Below are positions 30,180 to 41,000 of a stretch of DNA of 64,000 bases, piece after piece (position 1 is the stretch's first letter; each line of letters begins with the position of its first letter). The DNA is from an uncultured Candidatus Rokubacteria bacterium. GTDB taxonomy: Bacteria > Methylomirabilota > Methylomirabilia > Rokubacteriales > CSP1-6. A program made the translations under genes and the position numbers. The DNA lies in assembly GCA_963762145.1 (NCBI GenBank), contig CAVXJS010000011.1, positions 704,001-768,000 of the forward strand, read 5' to 3'. The notes beneath the pieces were generated by a model that was not told the DNA's origin, did not search any database, and saw nothing but the letters and a program-made list of their open reading frames with translations.

Positions 30180-31468
30180 AGACGCTGTTCGCCGCGGGGC
30201 TGAATCATCGCACTGCGCCGGTGGAGGTGCGCGAGCAGCTCGCGCTCGAGGAGGAGAAGATCCGCGAGATTCTCGCGGATCTCACCGGGCGCGGGCTCCT
30301 CGACGAGGTCATGATCATCTCCACCTGCAACCGGGTCGAGGTCTACGGAGTGGCCGCGGTGCCCGGCGAGGCCCGCACCGCTGCGTTCGGGCGGCTCGGC
30401 AGCCATCGGGGGCTCCAGTGGCGCGATCTCGAGCCCCTGGTCTACACCGTCACCGGCGACGAGGCGGCGCTGCACGCGTTCCGCGTGGCGGCCAGCCTGG
30501 ACTCCATGATCCTCGGCGAGCCCCAGATCCTGGGCCAGGTGAAGGACGCCTTCGCGCTCGCCCAGTCGGCGGGCACCGCGGGGCCGGTGCTCCACGCGCT
30601 CATGAGCCAGGCCTTCGGCGCGGCCAAGCGGGTGCGTACCGAGACCGAGGTGGGCCGGCTGGCGGTCTCGGTTTCCTACGCCGCCGTCGAGCTGGCGCGG
30701 AAGATCTTCGACGGGCTCGAGGGCCGGGCGGTGCTGCTGGTCGGCGCGGGGGAGATGAGCGAGCTGGCCGCCCGGCACCTGGTGGACCACGGGGCGCTTC
30801 CGCTGTACGTGGCCAACCGGACGTGGAGCCGGGCCCAGGAGCTGGCCCGGGGGCTGGGCGGGACCGCGGTCCCGTTCGGGCAGCTCGCGGCCACCCTGGC
30901 CCTGGTGGACATCGTGGTCACGTCGACCGCGGCGCCCGAGCCGATCGTCACCGCGGACCAGGTGCGGGCCGCGCTCGAGAAGCGCCGGACGCGGCCGCTC
31001 TTCTTCGTCGACATCGCGGTCCCGCGCAACGTGGACCCCGCGGTCAACGATGTGGAGAACGCCTTCTGCTACGACATCGACGACCTGCGCTCGGTGGTCG
31101 AGGCGAATCTCAAGGAGCGGCAGCGCGAGGCCCTGCGCGCGCAGGCCCTGCTCGAGGGCGAGGTGGTGAAGTTCGCGGCGCGCCTGCAGCAGCTCGAGGT
31201 GGTGCCCACCATCGTGTCGCTCCGGGAGAAGCTCGAGGCGATCCGTCGCGCCGAGCTGGAGCGGGCGCTCGGGCGCCTGCCCGGCGCGGGCGAGGAGACC
31301 CGGCGGGTGATGGAGGCGCTGAGCCAGGCCATCGTCAACAAGGTGCTGCACGCGCCGATGGTCAAGCTGAAGGACTCGTCACGCGCCGGCCACGCGCGGC
31401 GATGGACCGAGATGATCTCCGAGCTGTTCGGGCTGCGGGGGTCCGCCCGTCCCGACTCGCGCGAATGA
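30176..31468 (+). CDS. hemA: Glutamyl-tRNA reductase
   Basis: GLNHRTAPVEVRE, STCNRVE, LDSMILGEPQILGQ, DIAVPRNV. Confidence 0.97.
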   Translation: MKTLFAAGLNHRTAPVEVREQLALEEEKIREILADLTGRGLLDEVMIISTCNRVEVYGVAAVPGEARTAAFGRLGSHRGLQWRDLEPLVYTVTGDEAALHAFRVAASLDSMILGEPQILGQVKDAFALAQSAGTAGPVLHALMSQAFGAAKRVRTETEVGRLAVSVSYAAVELARKIFDGLEGRAVLLVGAGEMSELAARHLVDHGALPLYVANRTWSRAQELARGLGGTAVPFGQLAATLALVDIVVTSTAAPEPIVTADQVRAALEKRRTRPLFFVDIAVPRNVDPAVNDVENAFCYDIDDLRSVVEANLKERQREALRAQALLEGEVVKFAARLQQLEVVPTIVSLREKLEAIRRAELERALGRLPGAGEETRRVMEALSQAIVNKVLHAPMVKLKDSSRAGHARRWTEMISELFGLRGSARPDSRE

Positions 31469-32376
31469 AGATTCGTCTGGGCACGCGGGGCAGCCGTCTC
31501 GCGCTGGTTCAGAGTGAAGAGGTGGCGGCGGCGCTGCGCGCCCGCGGCGCCCTGGTCGAGCTCGTGGTCATCAGGACCTCCGGAGATCGCCTGGCCCAGG
31601 TCGCGCTCGCCGACTTCGGCGGCAAGGCGCTCTTCGTGAAGGAGATCGAGGAGGCGCTGCTGGCGGGTCGGGTGGACGTCGGCGTGCACAGCCTCAAGGA
31701 CATGCCGTCGGAGCTGCCGGCCGCGCTCACCCTCGGGGCGTTTCCGCTCCGCGAGGATCCGCGCGATGTCCTGCTCGGGCGGCGCGACGGAGGGTGGGAC
31801 GCGCTGCCCGCGGGCGCGGTGGTGGGGACCTCGAGTCCGCGGCGCCGCGCGATGGTCCTCACGCGCCGGCCGGATCTCCGGGCCGAGCCGATCCGCGGCA
31901 ACGTCGACACGCGCCTCGAGAAGCTGCGCGCGGGCGGGTACGACGCGCTCATCATGGCCGCGGCGGGGCTCAAGCGCCTGGGGCTCGATCCGCCGCATGC
32001 CCTAGCTCTCGATCCGGCCGAGTTCGTGCCCGCGGTCGGGCAGGGAGTCCTGGCCGTCGAAGCCCGCCAAGCCGACCGGGAACTGCTTGAACTTCTTCGC
32101 GCCGTGGACGACACTCGGACCAGGTTGGCGGCCCTTGCCGAGCGGGCGTTCCTGGCTCGGCTGGGGGCGGGCTGCCACACGCCGGTGGCGGCCCATGCTC
32201 GCCTGGATGGAACGGCCCTGGTGCTGACCGGGGTGGTGTCGACCCCGGATGGGACGACGACGCTGCGGGCGACCGCGACCGGGCCGGCCGCCGATGGCGA
32301 GCGGCTGGGCGTGACGCTGGCGGATGATCTGCTGGTCAAGGGGGCGAAGGCGGTTCTCGATGCGAGTCGCTGGTAA
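31465..32376 (+). CDS. hemC: Hydroxymethylbilane synthase
   Basis: GTRGSRLALVQ, VHSLKDMP, GTSSPRR, IRGNVDTRL, GAGCHTP. Confidence 0.96.
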   Translation: MKIRLGTRGSRLALVQSEEVAAALRARGALVELVVIRTSGDRLAQVALADFGGKALFVKEIEEALLAGRVDVGVHSLKDMPSELPAALTLGAFPLREDPRDVLLGRRDGGWDALPAGAVVGTSSPRRRAMVLTRRPDLRAEPIRGNVDTRLEKLRAGGYDALIMAAAGLKRLGLDPPHALALDPAEFVPAVGQGVLAVEARQADRELLELLRAVDDTRTRLAALAERAFLARLGAGCHTPVAAHARLDGTALVLTGVVSTPDGTTTLRATATGPAADGERLGVTLADDLLVKGAKAVLDASRW

Positions 32377-32383
32377 TGAAGTG

Positions 32384-33181
32384 ATGACCGAGGTGAGGGG
32401 TGGTAAACCCTTGTCTGGTCGGGTCGTCCTCGTGACCAGAGCACGCGAGCAGGCCGGGGGCTTCGCGGCGCTGCTCGAAGCGGCCGGCGCCCGCGTGATG
32501 CTCGTGCCCACCATCGCCATCGAACCCCCCTCTTCCTGGGCTCCTCTCGATGCCGCGCTCACCCAGGATTACGACTGGGTCGTGTTCACGAGCGTCAACG
32601 GCGTGGCGATGGTCCGCCTCCGGGTCGAGGCCACCGGGCAGGGCCGGGGACTCCTCGAGCGAAGCCGCCGGGCCGCGATCGGCCCCGCGACCGCCGCCGC
32701 GCTCGGCGAGTGGGGGCTGCCCGCGGAGGTCGTGCCCGGGGAGTACGTGGCGGAGGGCCTGCTCGAGCGGCTGCGTCCGCTGGTCGCGCCGGGAGCCCGC
32801 GTCCTGCTCCCGCGCGCGGCGGAGACCCGCGACGTGCTGGTGCGTGAGCTGACCGCGCAGGGGGCCCTCGTCACCGAGGTGGCGGCCTACCGCACGCGCG
32901 CGGCCACGGAGCACGCGGCCGGACTCCGCGAGGCGCTCGCGGAGGGACGGGTGGACGTGGTGACCTTCACCAGCTCCTCCACCGTGCGGAGCTTCTGCGC
33001 GCTCTTCGCTCCGGGGGAATTGCCGCGGCTGCTCCGGGGGGTGACCGTCGCCTGCATCGGTCCGATCACGCGGGCCACGGCGGAGGACCGCGGGCTCGCC
33101 GCCCACATCGTTCCCGAGGACTACACGGTCCCGGCCCTCGCCCGGGCCATCGTGACCCACTTCGAGCCCGCAAGGAGCTAG
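32384..33181 (+). CDS. hemD: Uroporphyrinogen-III synthase
   Basis: VLVTRARE, VFTSVNGV, AIGPAT, FTSSSTV, CIGPIT. Confidence 0.92.
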   Translation: MTEVRGGKPLSGRVVLVTRAREQAGGFAALLEAAGARVMLVPTIAIEPPSSWAPLDAALTQDYDWVVFTSVNGVAMVRLRVEATGQGRGLLERSRRAAIGPATAAALGEWGLPAEVVPGEYVAEGLLERLRPLVAPGARVLLPRAAETRDVLVRELTAQGALVTEVAAYRTRAATEHAAGLREALAEGRVDVVTFTSSSTVRSFCALFAPGELPRLLRGVTVACIGPITRATAEDRGLAAHIVPEDYTVPALARAIVTHFEPARS

Positions 33182-33184
33182 CGC

Positions 33185-34168
33185 ATGCCGTTCCCCGTCT
33201 ACCGTCCCCGCCGGCTTCGGGAGTCGCCCCTGATGCGAGCCATGGTGCGCGAGACCGCGCTGCGCATCGACGACCTCGTCTACCCGCTCTTCGCGGTTCA
33301 CGGGCGCGGGGTCCGGGAGCCGATCGGCTCCATGCCCGGGCAGTACCGTCTCTCCATCGACGAGCTGCTCAAGGAGTGCAAGGACGCCGCCTCCATGGGT
33401 ATCCCCGCGGTGCTGCTGTTCGGGTTGCCGCGCGACAAGGACCCGCGCGGCACCGAGGCGTACGCGGAGGACGGGATCATCCAGCAGGCGGTCCGGGCGG
33501 TGAAGGACACGATCCCGGACCTGCTCGTGATCACCGACGTGTGTCTCTGCGAGTACACGAGCCACGGGCACTGCGGGGTGGTGGAGGACGGCCGGATCAA
33601 GAACGATCCCACCCTCGAGCTGATCGCGCGCACCGCGATCTCTCACGCCGAGGCCGGGGCGGACCTGATCGCGCCGTCCGACATGATGGACGGCCGGGTC
33701 GCCGCGATCCGGGAAGGGCTCGACGAGTCGGGCTTCCCGGAGACGCCGATCATGGCCTACTCGGCCAAGTACGCCTCCGCGTTCTACGGCCCCTTCCGCG
33801 AGGCGGCCGACTCGACCCCGCAGTTCGGCGACCGGCGCTCCTACCAGATGGATCCCGGGAACGCGATGGAGGCGATGCGGGAGGTCGCGCTCGACGTGGA
33901 CGAGGGCGCCGACATCGTGATGGTGAAGCCGGCGCTGCCCTATCTCGACATCATCGCGCGGGTGAAGGGCGAGTTCGGGCTCCCGGTGGCCGCCTACTCG
34001 GTCTCGGGGGAGTACGCGATGCTCAAGGCGGCCGGCCAGCTCGGCTGGCTCGACGAGGACCGCGCGGTGCTGGAGGCGCTGACCGGCATCCGCCGGGCCG
34101 GAGCCGACATCATCATCACCTACTTCGCCAAGGACGCAGCCCGGCTCATCGAGCAGGGCCGCGCGTGA
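33185..34168 (+). CDS. hemB: Porphobilinogen synthase
   Basis: [35 protein letters not shown]. Confidence 0.97.
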   Translation: MPFPVYRPRRLRESPLMRAMVRETALRIDDLVYPLFAVHGRGVREPIGSMPGQYRLSIDELLKECKDAASMGIPAVLLFGLPRDKDPRGTEAYAEDGIIQQAVRAVKDTIPDLLVITDVCLCEYTSHGHCGVVEDGRIKNDPTLELIARTAISHAEAGADLIAPSDMMDGRVAAIREGLDESGFPETPIMAYSAKYASAFYGPFREAADSTPQFGDRRSYQMDPGNAMEAMREVALDVDEGADIVMVKPALPYLDIIARVKGEFGLPVAAYSVSGEYAMLKAAGQLGWLDEDRAVLEALTGIRRAGADIIITYFAKDAARLIEQGRA

Positions 34169-34602
34169 GGATCTCGGCGAAGGGGGAGTACGCCATCAAG
34201 GCGATGGTGGACCTCGCCCTGCACGACGGGCAGGATCTCCAGCCCATCCAGGACGTCGCGTCGCGCCAGGGCATTCCGCAGCGCTACCTCGAGCAGGTCC
34301 TGCTCCAGCTCAAGCGCTCCGGGTTCCTCTACGCGCGGCGGGGGTCGGCGGGTGGCTACCGGTTGAGCCGGCCCGCGGACCAGGTCACGGTGGGCGCGCT
34401 GCTCCGGGCGGTGGAGGGGCCGTCGGCCGCCCCCGATTCGCCGCGACGGGGCGGCCGCGGGGAAGACGTGGCGGGCCTCGACGAGCTCTGGCAGGAGATC
34501 GAGGAGGCGGTCGCGTCCGTGGTGGATCGCACCACGCTCGACGATCTGCGCCGGCGCGCGCTCGATCGGAGGGGCGCCACGCGCCCGATGTATCACATCT
34601 AG
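34165..34602 (+). CDS. Rrf2 family transcriptional regulator (CymR-like)
   Basis: [32 protein letters not shown]; no Fe-S cysteines; upstream of cysK. Confidence 0.9.
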   Translation: MRISAKGEYAIKAMVDLALHDGQDLQPIQDVASRQGIPQRYLEQVLLQLKRSGFLYARRGSAGGYRLSRPADQVTVGALLRAVEGPSAAPDSPRRGGRGEDVAGLDELWQEIEEAVASVVDRTTLDDLRRRALDRRGATRPMYHI

Positions 34603-34614
34603 CTGCGGCCGCCT

Positions 34615-34670
34615 GGCGAGCGCAGCCGAGGCAGGGCGAGGCGAGCCGAAGGCGAGTCGAGCGGATCAAA
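34615..34670 (+). repeat. Tandem REP-like repeat copies
   Basis: GGCGAGCGCAGCCGAGGCAG then GGCGAGGCGAGCCGAAGGCGAGTCGAGCGGATCAAA. Confidence 0.7.
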
Positions 34671-34689
34671 TGAAGGATATGAGGGAATC

Positions 34690-35634
34690 ATGACAAGCAA
34701 GCGAGCGACCGCGCCGGCGCGACCGAAGCTGGCGGGCTCGGTGCTGGAGCTGGTGGGCGGCACGCCGCTCGTGCGCCTCAATCGCATCCCGAACGCGGCC
34801 GGCGCCATCGTGCTGGCCAAGGTCGAATCGCTCAATCCGGGCGGGAGCGTCAAGGACCGCATCGCGCTCGCGATGGTCGAGGACGCGGAGCGGCGCGGGC
34901 TGCTCAAGGCGGGGGCGACCCTGGTGGAGCCGACCAGCGGGAATACCGGCATCGGGCTCGCGATGGTGTGCGCGGTACGGGGGTACCGCCTGATCCTCAC
35001 GATGCCCGACGACATGAGCGCGGAGCGGCAGCGCCTGCTCGCGCGCTACGGCGCCGAGATCCACCTGACCCCGGCCATCGAGGGCATGACCGGCGCGGTG
35101 TTCGCGGCCCAGGAGATCTGCCGCGAGCATCCCGGCTACTTCATGCCGATGCAATTCGAGAATCCCGCCAACCCCGAAGCCCATCGCCGCACCACCGCGC
35201 TGGAGATCCTGGACAGCACCGACGAGCGCCTGGACGTCTTCGTCGCGGCGGTCGGCACCGGCGGGACCGTGACCGGGGTGGGCGAGATCCTGAAGGAGCG
35301 GCTCCCCGGCGTGCGCGTGATCGGCGTGGAGCCCGCGCGGTCGCCCGTTCTCTCCGGCGGGCGCTTCCGGCCTCACGGCATTCAGGGAATCGGCGCCTCG
35401 TTCGTGCCGGGGATCCTGAATCGTTCCGTGCTCGACGACATCATACAGGTGCGCGACGAGGACGCGACGACCATGGCCCGCCGGCTGGCCCGCGAGGAGG
35501 GCCTGCTCGTGGGCATCTCGTCCGGGGCCAACGTGTTCGCGGCCTGTCAGGTGGCGGAGACGCTGCCCGCCGGCCAGGTGGTGGTCACGGTGCTGTGCGA
35601 TACTGGCGAGCGTTACCTGAGCGTCACCTTCTAG
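34690..35634 (+). CDS. cysK: Cysteine synthase
   Basis: NPGGSVKDR, EPTSGNTG, QFENPAN, GTGGT, PHGIQGIG, DTGERYLS. Confidence 0.93.
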   Translation: MTSKRATAPARPKLAGSVLELVGGTPLVRLNRIPNAAGAIVLAKVESLNPGGSVKDRIALAMVEDAERRGLLKAGATLVEPTSGNTGIGLAMVCAVRGYRLILTMPDDMSAERQRLLARYGAEIHLTPAIEGMTGAVFAAQEICREHPGYFMPMQFENPANPEAHRRTTALEILDSTDERLDVFVAAVGTGGTVTGVGEILKERLPGVRVIGVEPARSPVLSGGRFRPHGIQGIGASFVPGILNRSVLDDIIQVRDEDATTMARRLAREEGLLVGISSGANVFAACQVAETLPAGQVVVTVLCDTGERYLSVTF

Positions 35635-35644
35635 GAGAGCGGCC

Positions 35645-35947
35645 ATGAGTGTTCAGGTCTACATCCCGACGCCGTTCCGCCGCGCGACCAGGAACGTCGA
35701 CCGGGTCGCCGTCGAGGCGCCCGATGTGAAGGGCATGCTCGACGAGCTGGAAGACCAGTTCGGCGGCCTGAAGGGCCTGGTCCGCAACGACCAGGGCGAG
35801 GTGCACCACCACGTGAACATCTACGTGAACAACGAGGCCATCGAGGCGCTGCAGGGACTCGAGACCACGCTCAAGGACGGCGACGAGGTGTCGATTATTC
35901 CTGCCCTGGCGGGCGGCGGGCCGGCCCTCGCGGGTGGCCGACGGTGA
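35645..35947 (+). CDS. MoaD/ThiS/CysO-like ubiquitin-like sulfur carrier with C-terminal extension
   Basis: VYIPTPFR, VNIYVN, LKDGDEVSIIPALAGG followed by GPALAGGRR. Confidence 0.9.
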   Translation: MSVQVYIPTPFRRATRNVDRVAVEAPDVKGMLDELEDQFGGLKGLVRNDQGEVHHHVNIYVNNEAIEALQGLETTLKDGDEVSIIPALAGGGPALAGGRR

Positions 35948-35957
35948 TCGCGGAAGG

Positions 35958-36419
35958 ATGATCCTGACTCCGGAGGAGCTGTCTCGCGTGCGCGCCCAGG
36001 CCGAGGCCGAGTATCCCGCCGAATGCTGCGGCGTGGTGCTGGCCCGCCCGGCGCCCGCGGCCGACCGGGCGCTCATGCCCTGCCGCAATATCCAGGACGA
36101 GCTCCACGCGCAGGATCCCGTGCGGCACCCGCGGGATTCGCGAACCGCCTACTTCATCGATCCCAAGGACCTGCTCGCCATCGGCCGGCGCGAGTCGCAG
36201 GGCTACCGGGTGGCCACCATCTATCACTCCCACGTGGACACCGGCGCGTACTTCTCGCCGACCGACCGGCAGAACGCCCTCATCAACGGGGAGCCGTCGT
36301 ATCCGGACGCGGTCTACGTGGTGCTCTCGGTGCTCGCGGGGCGCGTCGTCGACGCGGCCGCGTTCGTCTGGGACGCCCAGACTCGCGATTTCGTCGCCAC
36401 CGAACTGCCGAAGGCCTGA
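35958..36419 (+). CDS. JAMM/MPN+ (Mec-like) metalloprotease
   Basis: YPAECCG and YHSHVDTGAYFSPTD (HxH-x7-S-x2-D). Confidence 0.9.
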   Translation: MILTPEELSRVRAQAEAEYPAECCGVVLARPAPAADRALMPCRNIQDELHAQDPVRHPRDSRTAYFIDPKDLLAIGRRESQGYRVATIYHSHVDTGAYFSPTDRQNALINGEPSYPDAVYVVLSVLAGRVVDAAAFVWDAQTRDFVATELPKA

Positions 36420-36428
36420 CCCGAGCCC

Positions 36429-37755
36429 GTGGCCGACTCCGAAGCCCTCTTCAAGGCCGCGCAGCGCCTGATGCCCGGCGGCGTCAACAGCCCGGTGCGG
36501 GCCTTCCGCGGCGTGGGCGGCGCGCCGTTCTTCGTGGCCCGCGCCGAGGGCGCGCGGCTCGAGGACGTGGACGGTCGGTCGTACGTGGACTTCCTGGGCT
36601 CGTGGGGCCCGCTGATCCTCGGGCATGCCGCGGCTCCGGTGGTCGAGGCGATCACCGAAGCGGTCCGGCGCGGGCACCAGCTACGGCGCCCCCACCGGGG
36701 GCGAGGTGGAGATGGCCGAGCTGATCCAGCGTGCGGTGCCCTCCATGGAGATGATGCGGCTCGTCTCCTCGGGGACCGAGGCGGCCATGAGCGCGCTGCG
36801 CGTGGCCCGGGGCGCCACCGGGCGCGACTTCATCCTGAAGTTCGAGGGCTGCTACCACGGCCACGCCGACAGTCTCCTGGTCAAGGCCGGCTCGGGCGGC
36901 GCGACGTTCGGGGTGCCCGACAGCCTGGGCGTGCCCCCTGCGCTCGCGGCGCTGACCCTCACGGTCCCGTTCAACGACCTGGACGCGGTCCGTCGGCAGC
37001 TGGAGGCGCATCCGGACCAGGTCGCGGCGGTGATCGTCGAGCCGGTGGCGGGGAACATGGGCGTGGTCCCTCCCGCGCCGGGCTTCCTCGCCGGGCTGCG
37101 GGAGCTCACCACGCGACACGGAAGCCTCCTGATCTTCGACGAGGTGATCACCGGGTTCCGCGTGGGCTGGGGCGGAGCCCAGGCCCTCTACGGGGTGCGT
37201 CCGGATCTCACGTGCCTCGGCAAGATCATCGGCGGCGGGCTCCCGGTCGGCGCGTACGGGGGCTCGCGCGCGGTGATGGAGCGCGTGTCACCGCTGGGCG
37301 GCGTCTACCAGGCCGGCACGCTCTCCGGCAATCCGCTCGCGGTGGCCGCGGGGCTGGCCACGCTCCGCGCGCTCGAGGGGCCGGGCGTCTACGAGCGGCT
37401 CGAGGCGCTGGGCGCGCGCGTGGAGCGCGACGTGGCGGCGGCCGCGGCCGCCGCGGGAGTCCCGGTGCGGATCAACCGGATCGGGTCGATGCTCACCGTG
37501 TTCTTCACGGACGGCCCGGTGACCGACTACGCCTCCGCGAAGCGGGCGGATACCGCGCGCTACGCGCGGTACTTCCACGCGATGCGGGAGGGGGGTGTCT
37601 TCCTCGCGCCCTCGCAGTTCGAGACCGCGTTCGTGTCGCTGGCGCACGGGGAACAGGACCTCGCGGCGGCCGCGCGGGCTTGCCGGGCGGCGATGGAGAC
37701 GGTAGGGCGGGGCGCAGCCGAAGGCGAGCCGAGCGGATACAAGAAGAGAAGCTAA
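36429..37755 (+). CDS. hemL: Glutamate-1-semialdehyde 2,1-aminomutase; indel near 36673
   Basis: [56 protein letters not shown]. Confidence 0.94.
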
Positions 37756-37849
37756 GGGTCGACCGCCCACGCCGGACGCCCCGTGGTGGGCTTCTCACCC
37801 TTAGCTTCTTTTTTGTATTCGCTCGGCTCGCCTTCGGCTGCGCCTCGCC
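37706..37849. repeat. Long inverted repeat (about 53-bp arms) made of two REP-like copies
   Basis: Arm 37706-37759 is a near-perfect reverse complement of 37797-37849; inner stem GCCCAC/GTGGGC. Confidence 0.85.
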
Positions 37850-37862
37850 AAGCAAGCTGTTA

Positions 37863-37892
37863 TTGACACCCGGAATTTCCACGTGATAGGGT
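37863..37892 (+). promoter_or_regulatory. Sigma70-like promoter for the act operon
   Basis: TTGACA 37863-37868, 18 nt, TG-n-TAGGGT. Confidence 0.45.
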
Positions 37893-38000
37893 TCACAAGG
37901 CTGGAGCCCGGAAACACGTCTTTTGCCCCGGTCTTCATCCTCAGCACGCCTCGTCGAAGGAGTATGTCTACCTGCTGCGCCGAGTAGGGCGGAGGAGTGG

Positions 38001-41000
38001 ATGAGCGGGATGGATCGTCGGTCGTTCTTCAAGATCGTGGCGACCACGGGCGCCGCTGCCGCGGCCGGGGGCTGCGGACAGTCGGCCGAGCAGCTCATCC
38101 CGTACGTCATTCCGCCGGACAACATCGTCCCCGGCATCCCCGCCTACTTCTCGACCGTCTGCCGCGAGTGCCCGTCGGGCTGCGGCCTCATCGCCAAGAA
38201 TCGCGACGGGCGCGTCATCAAGCTCGAGGGCAACCCGGAGCACCCCTCCAATACCGGTGCACTCTGCGTGCTGGGCCACGCGGGTCTGCAGGCCCTCTAC
38301 CACCCGGATCGCTTCCGCGGCCCGCTGAGCGGCGGCAAGCCGGTGGCGTGGGCCGACGCGGAGAAGCAGCTCGCGGACAAGCTGGGCGCGCTCGCGAAGG
38401 GCAAGCAGGGCGGGCGCATCGCGGTGGTGAGCGGCCTCGAGACCGGCAGCCTCGCTCGCCTCATGGACGAGTGGGTGCGACTGCTCGGCGCGCGCACGCG
38501 CATCGCCTACGAGCCGCTCGGCTACGAGTCCCTGCGCGCCTCGAACCGGATCGCCTTCGGCCGCGACGCGATCCCCGACTACGCGATCGGCGAGGCCACC
38601 TACCTGGTCTCCTTCGGCGCGGACTTCCTCGAGACGTGGCTGAACAGCGAGGGGTACACCGTCGACTTCGCTCGGATGCACGCCTTCTTCCAGGGAAGGC
38701 AGGGGACCTTCGTGCACGTCGAGCCGCGCATGTCGCTGACCGCGGCCAACGCGGACGAATGGCTGCGCAATGCGCCCGGCACCGAGGGCGCGCTCGCGCT
38801 GGCGATGCTCAAGGTGATCGTGGACGAGGGCCTGCAGGCGCCAGGGGCCGATCTGACCACCCTCCGCGCCGCAGTCCGCGCCGCCGACGTCGAGGCGGCC
38901 GCCACGGCCTCGGGCGTCCCCGCCGAGACCATCAAGCACGTCGCGCGTGACCTCGCCAAGGCGAAGGCCGGCCTGGTGCTGGGCGGCGGCATGGCCGCGA
39001 CCTCGACGGCGTCCACCGAGGCGCTCGTCGCGGTCAACCTGCTCAACGCGGCGATCGGTGCGCTGGGCACCCGTGTGCGCTTCGGCGCCGCGTCGCCTTT
39101 CAGCCGGGTGAGCCCGTACTCGGACATGGTGGCGCTGACCCAGGCGATGGCCGCCGGGCAGATCGAGGTGCTGGTGCTGGTGGACGTCAACCCGGTCTAC
39201 GCGATGCCGCCCAAGTCGGGTTTCGCCGAGGCCCTGGCCAAGGTCCCGCTCGTGGTGTCACTCGCGAGCCGGCCCAACGAGACCACCGCGCGGGCGCACC
39301 TGGTGCTGCCGACGCTGCACGCGCTCGAGTCCTGGGGCGACTACGCCTCCGAGGAGGGTGTGCTCGGGCTGATGCAGCCCACGATGGGTCCCGTGCAGAT
39401 CGACGGCAAGGCGGTGGACGGCAAGACCGCCGGCGACGTCTTCCTCGGCGTCGGCCGGCAGGCGCTGGGGCTCGAGGCCGGGAAGGGCCCGCTCCGGTGG
39501 GCCTCCTTCCAGGACTTCATCCGGGACGAGTGGCAGAAGACCGCCAAGGAGTACGGCAGCACCGGATCGTTCGCGGATTTCTGGGACGCGGCCCTGCGGC
39601 GCGGCGGCGTGTGGCGCACCGGCGCGGCCCCGGCGGTCTCGCTTCGCCCGGAGGCCGGACGGATCCAGGGCGGCGCGCCGAAGCTCGAGGGCGGGGGCTC
39701 GCACGTGCTGATGATCTATCCCTCGAGCCGCTTCTACGACGGCCGGGGCGGCGACCTGCCGTGGCTGCACGAGGTGCCGGACGGGATCACCCAGGTTGCG
39801 TGGGACTCGTGGCTCGAGATCCCGGCCGAGACCGCCAAGCAGATGGGGATCGCGCGGGGCGATCTGGTGAAGGTGACGTCCCCGCACGGTGCCATCGAGC
39901 TGCCCGCCTACCCGACCGAGCTCGTCCACGCCGGCGCGGTGGCGGTGGCGATGGGGCAGGGGCACAAGTACACGGGCGCCTTCGCGCAGCGGGGCAACTC
40001 CGCGACCGGCACCCAGAGCCAGGTCGACTTCCTGAACGTGGGCGCCAATCCGATCGAGCTCCTGCCCGCCGCGCCGGACCCGTCCTCGGGCGGGCTGCCG
40101 CTGCTCGCGGTGAAGGTCTCGCTCGCCAAGACCGGCGGTCGGCGCCCGCTCGCGATCCCGCAGGCCCAGTTCGACCAGGACGATCGCGAGATCGCCCAGT
40201 GGGTGCAGCTCGGCGCCGCGCGCGAGCTCGAGCTGCGGGGCAAGCCGCCCGAGCACGCCGATCATCCGCGCATGTACCCGCCGGTGAAGTATCCGGAGTA
40301 CCGCTGGGGCATGACGGTGGACGTGGACCGCTGCACGGGCTGCCAGGCCTGCGTGGTCGCCTGCCAGAGCGAGAACAACGTGCCGACGGTCGGGAAGGCC
40401 CAGGTGGCCTACGGGCGCATCCAGCACTGGCTGCGGGTGGAGCGCTGGCAGGAAGGCACGTCCGCCAAGCCGGTCAACATGTTCCTGCCCATGTTCTGCC
40501 AGCACTGCGAGATCGCGCCGTGCGAGCCGGTGTGCCCGGTCTACGCCGCCTATCACACGCGCGAGGGCCTCAACGGACAGGTCTACAACCGCTGCGTGGG
40601 CACGCGCTACTGCGGCAACAACTGCCCCTACCACGTGCGGAAGTTCAACTGGTTCAACTACACGTGGACCGCGCCGCTCGACGTGCAGCTGAACCCGGAC
40701 GTCACGGTGCGGCAGCTCGGCGTGATGGAGAAGTGCACCATGTGCGTCCAGCGGATCGAGTCCGCCAAGGGCGCGGCGCGCGAGGCGGGCCGGCAGGTGC
40801 GCGATGGGGACATGCAGACCGCCTGTCAGCAGACGTGCCCGACCCGGGCCATCACATTCGGGAACCGGAAGGACGGCGAGGCGATGGTCTCCAAGCTGTC
40901 GCACTCGACCCGGAGCTACACCGTGCTCCACGAGCTGGGCACGCTCCCGGGGGTGAACTACCTCAAGAAGGTCGTCCGCGCCGAGCCGGCGGGCGGTCAC

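Noticed and set aside
34615-37849. GCCGAAGGC repeats as a CRISPR array
   Set aside because: Copies are dispersed or inverted, with no regular spacers and no cas genes.
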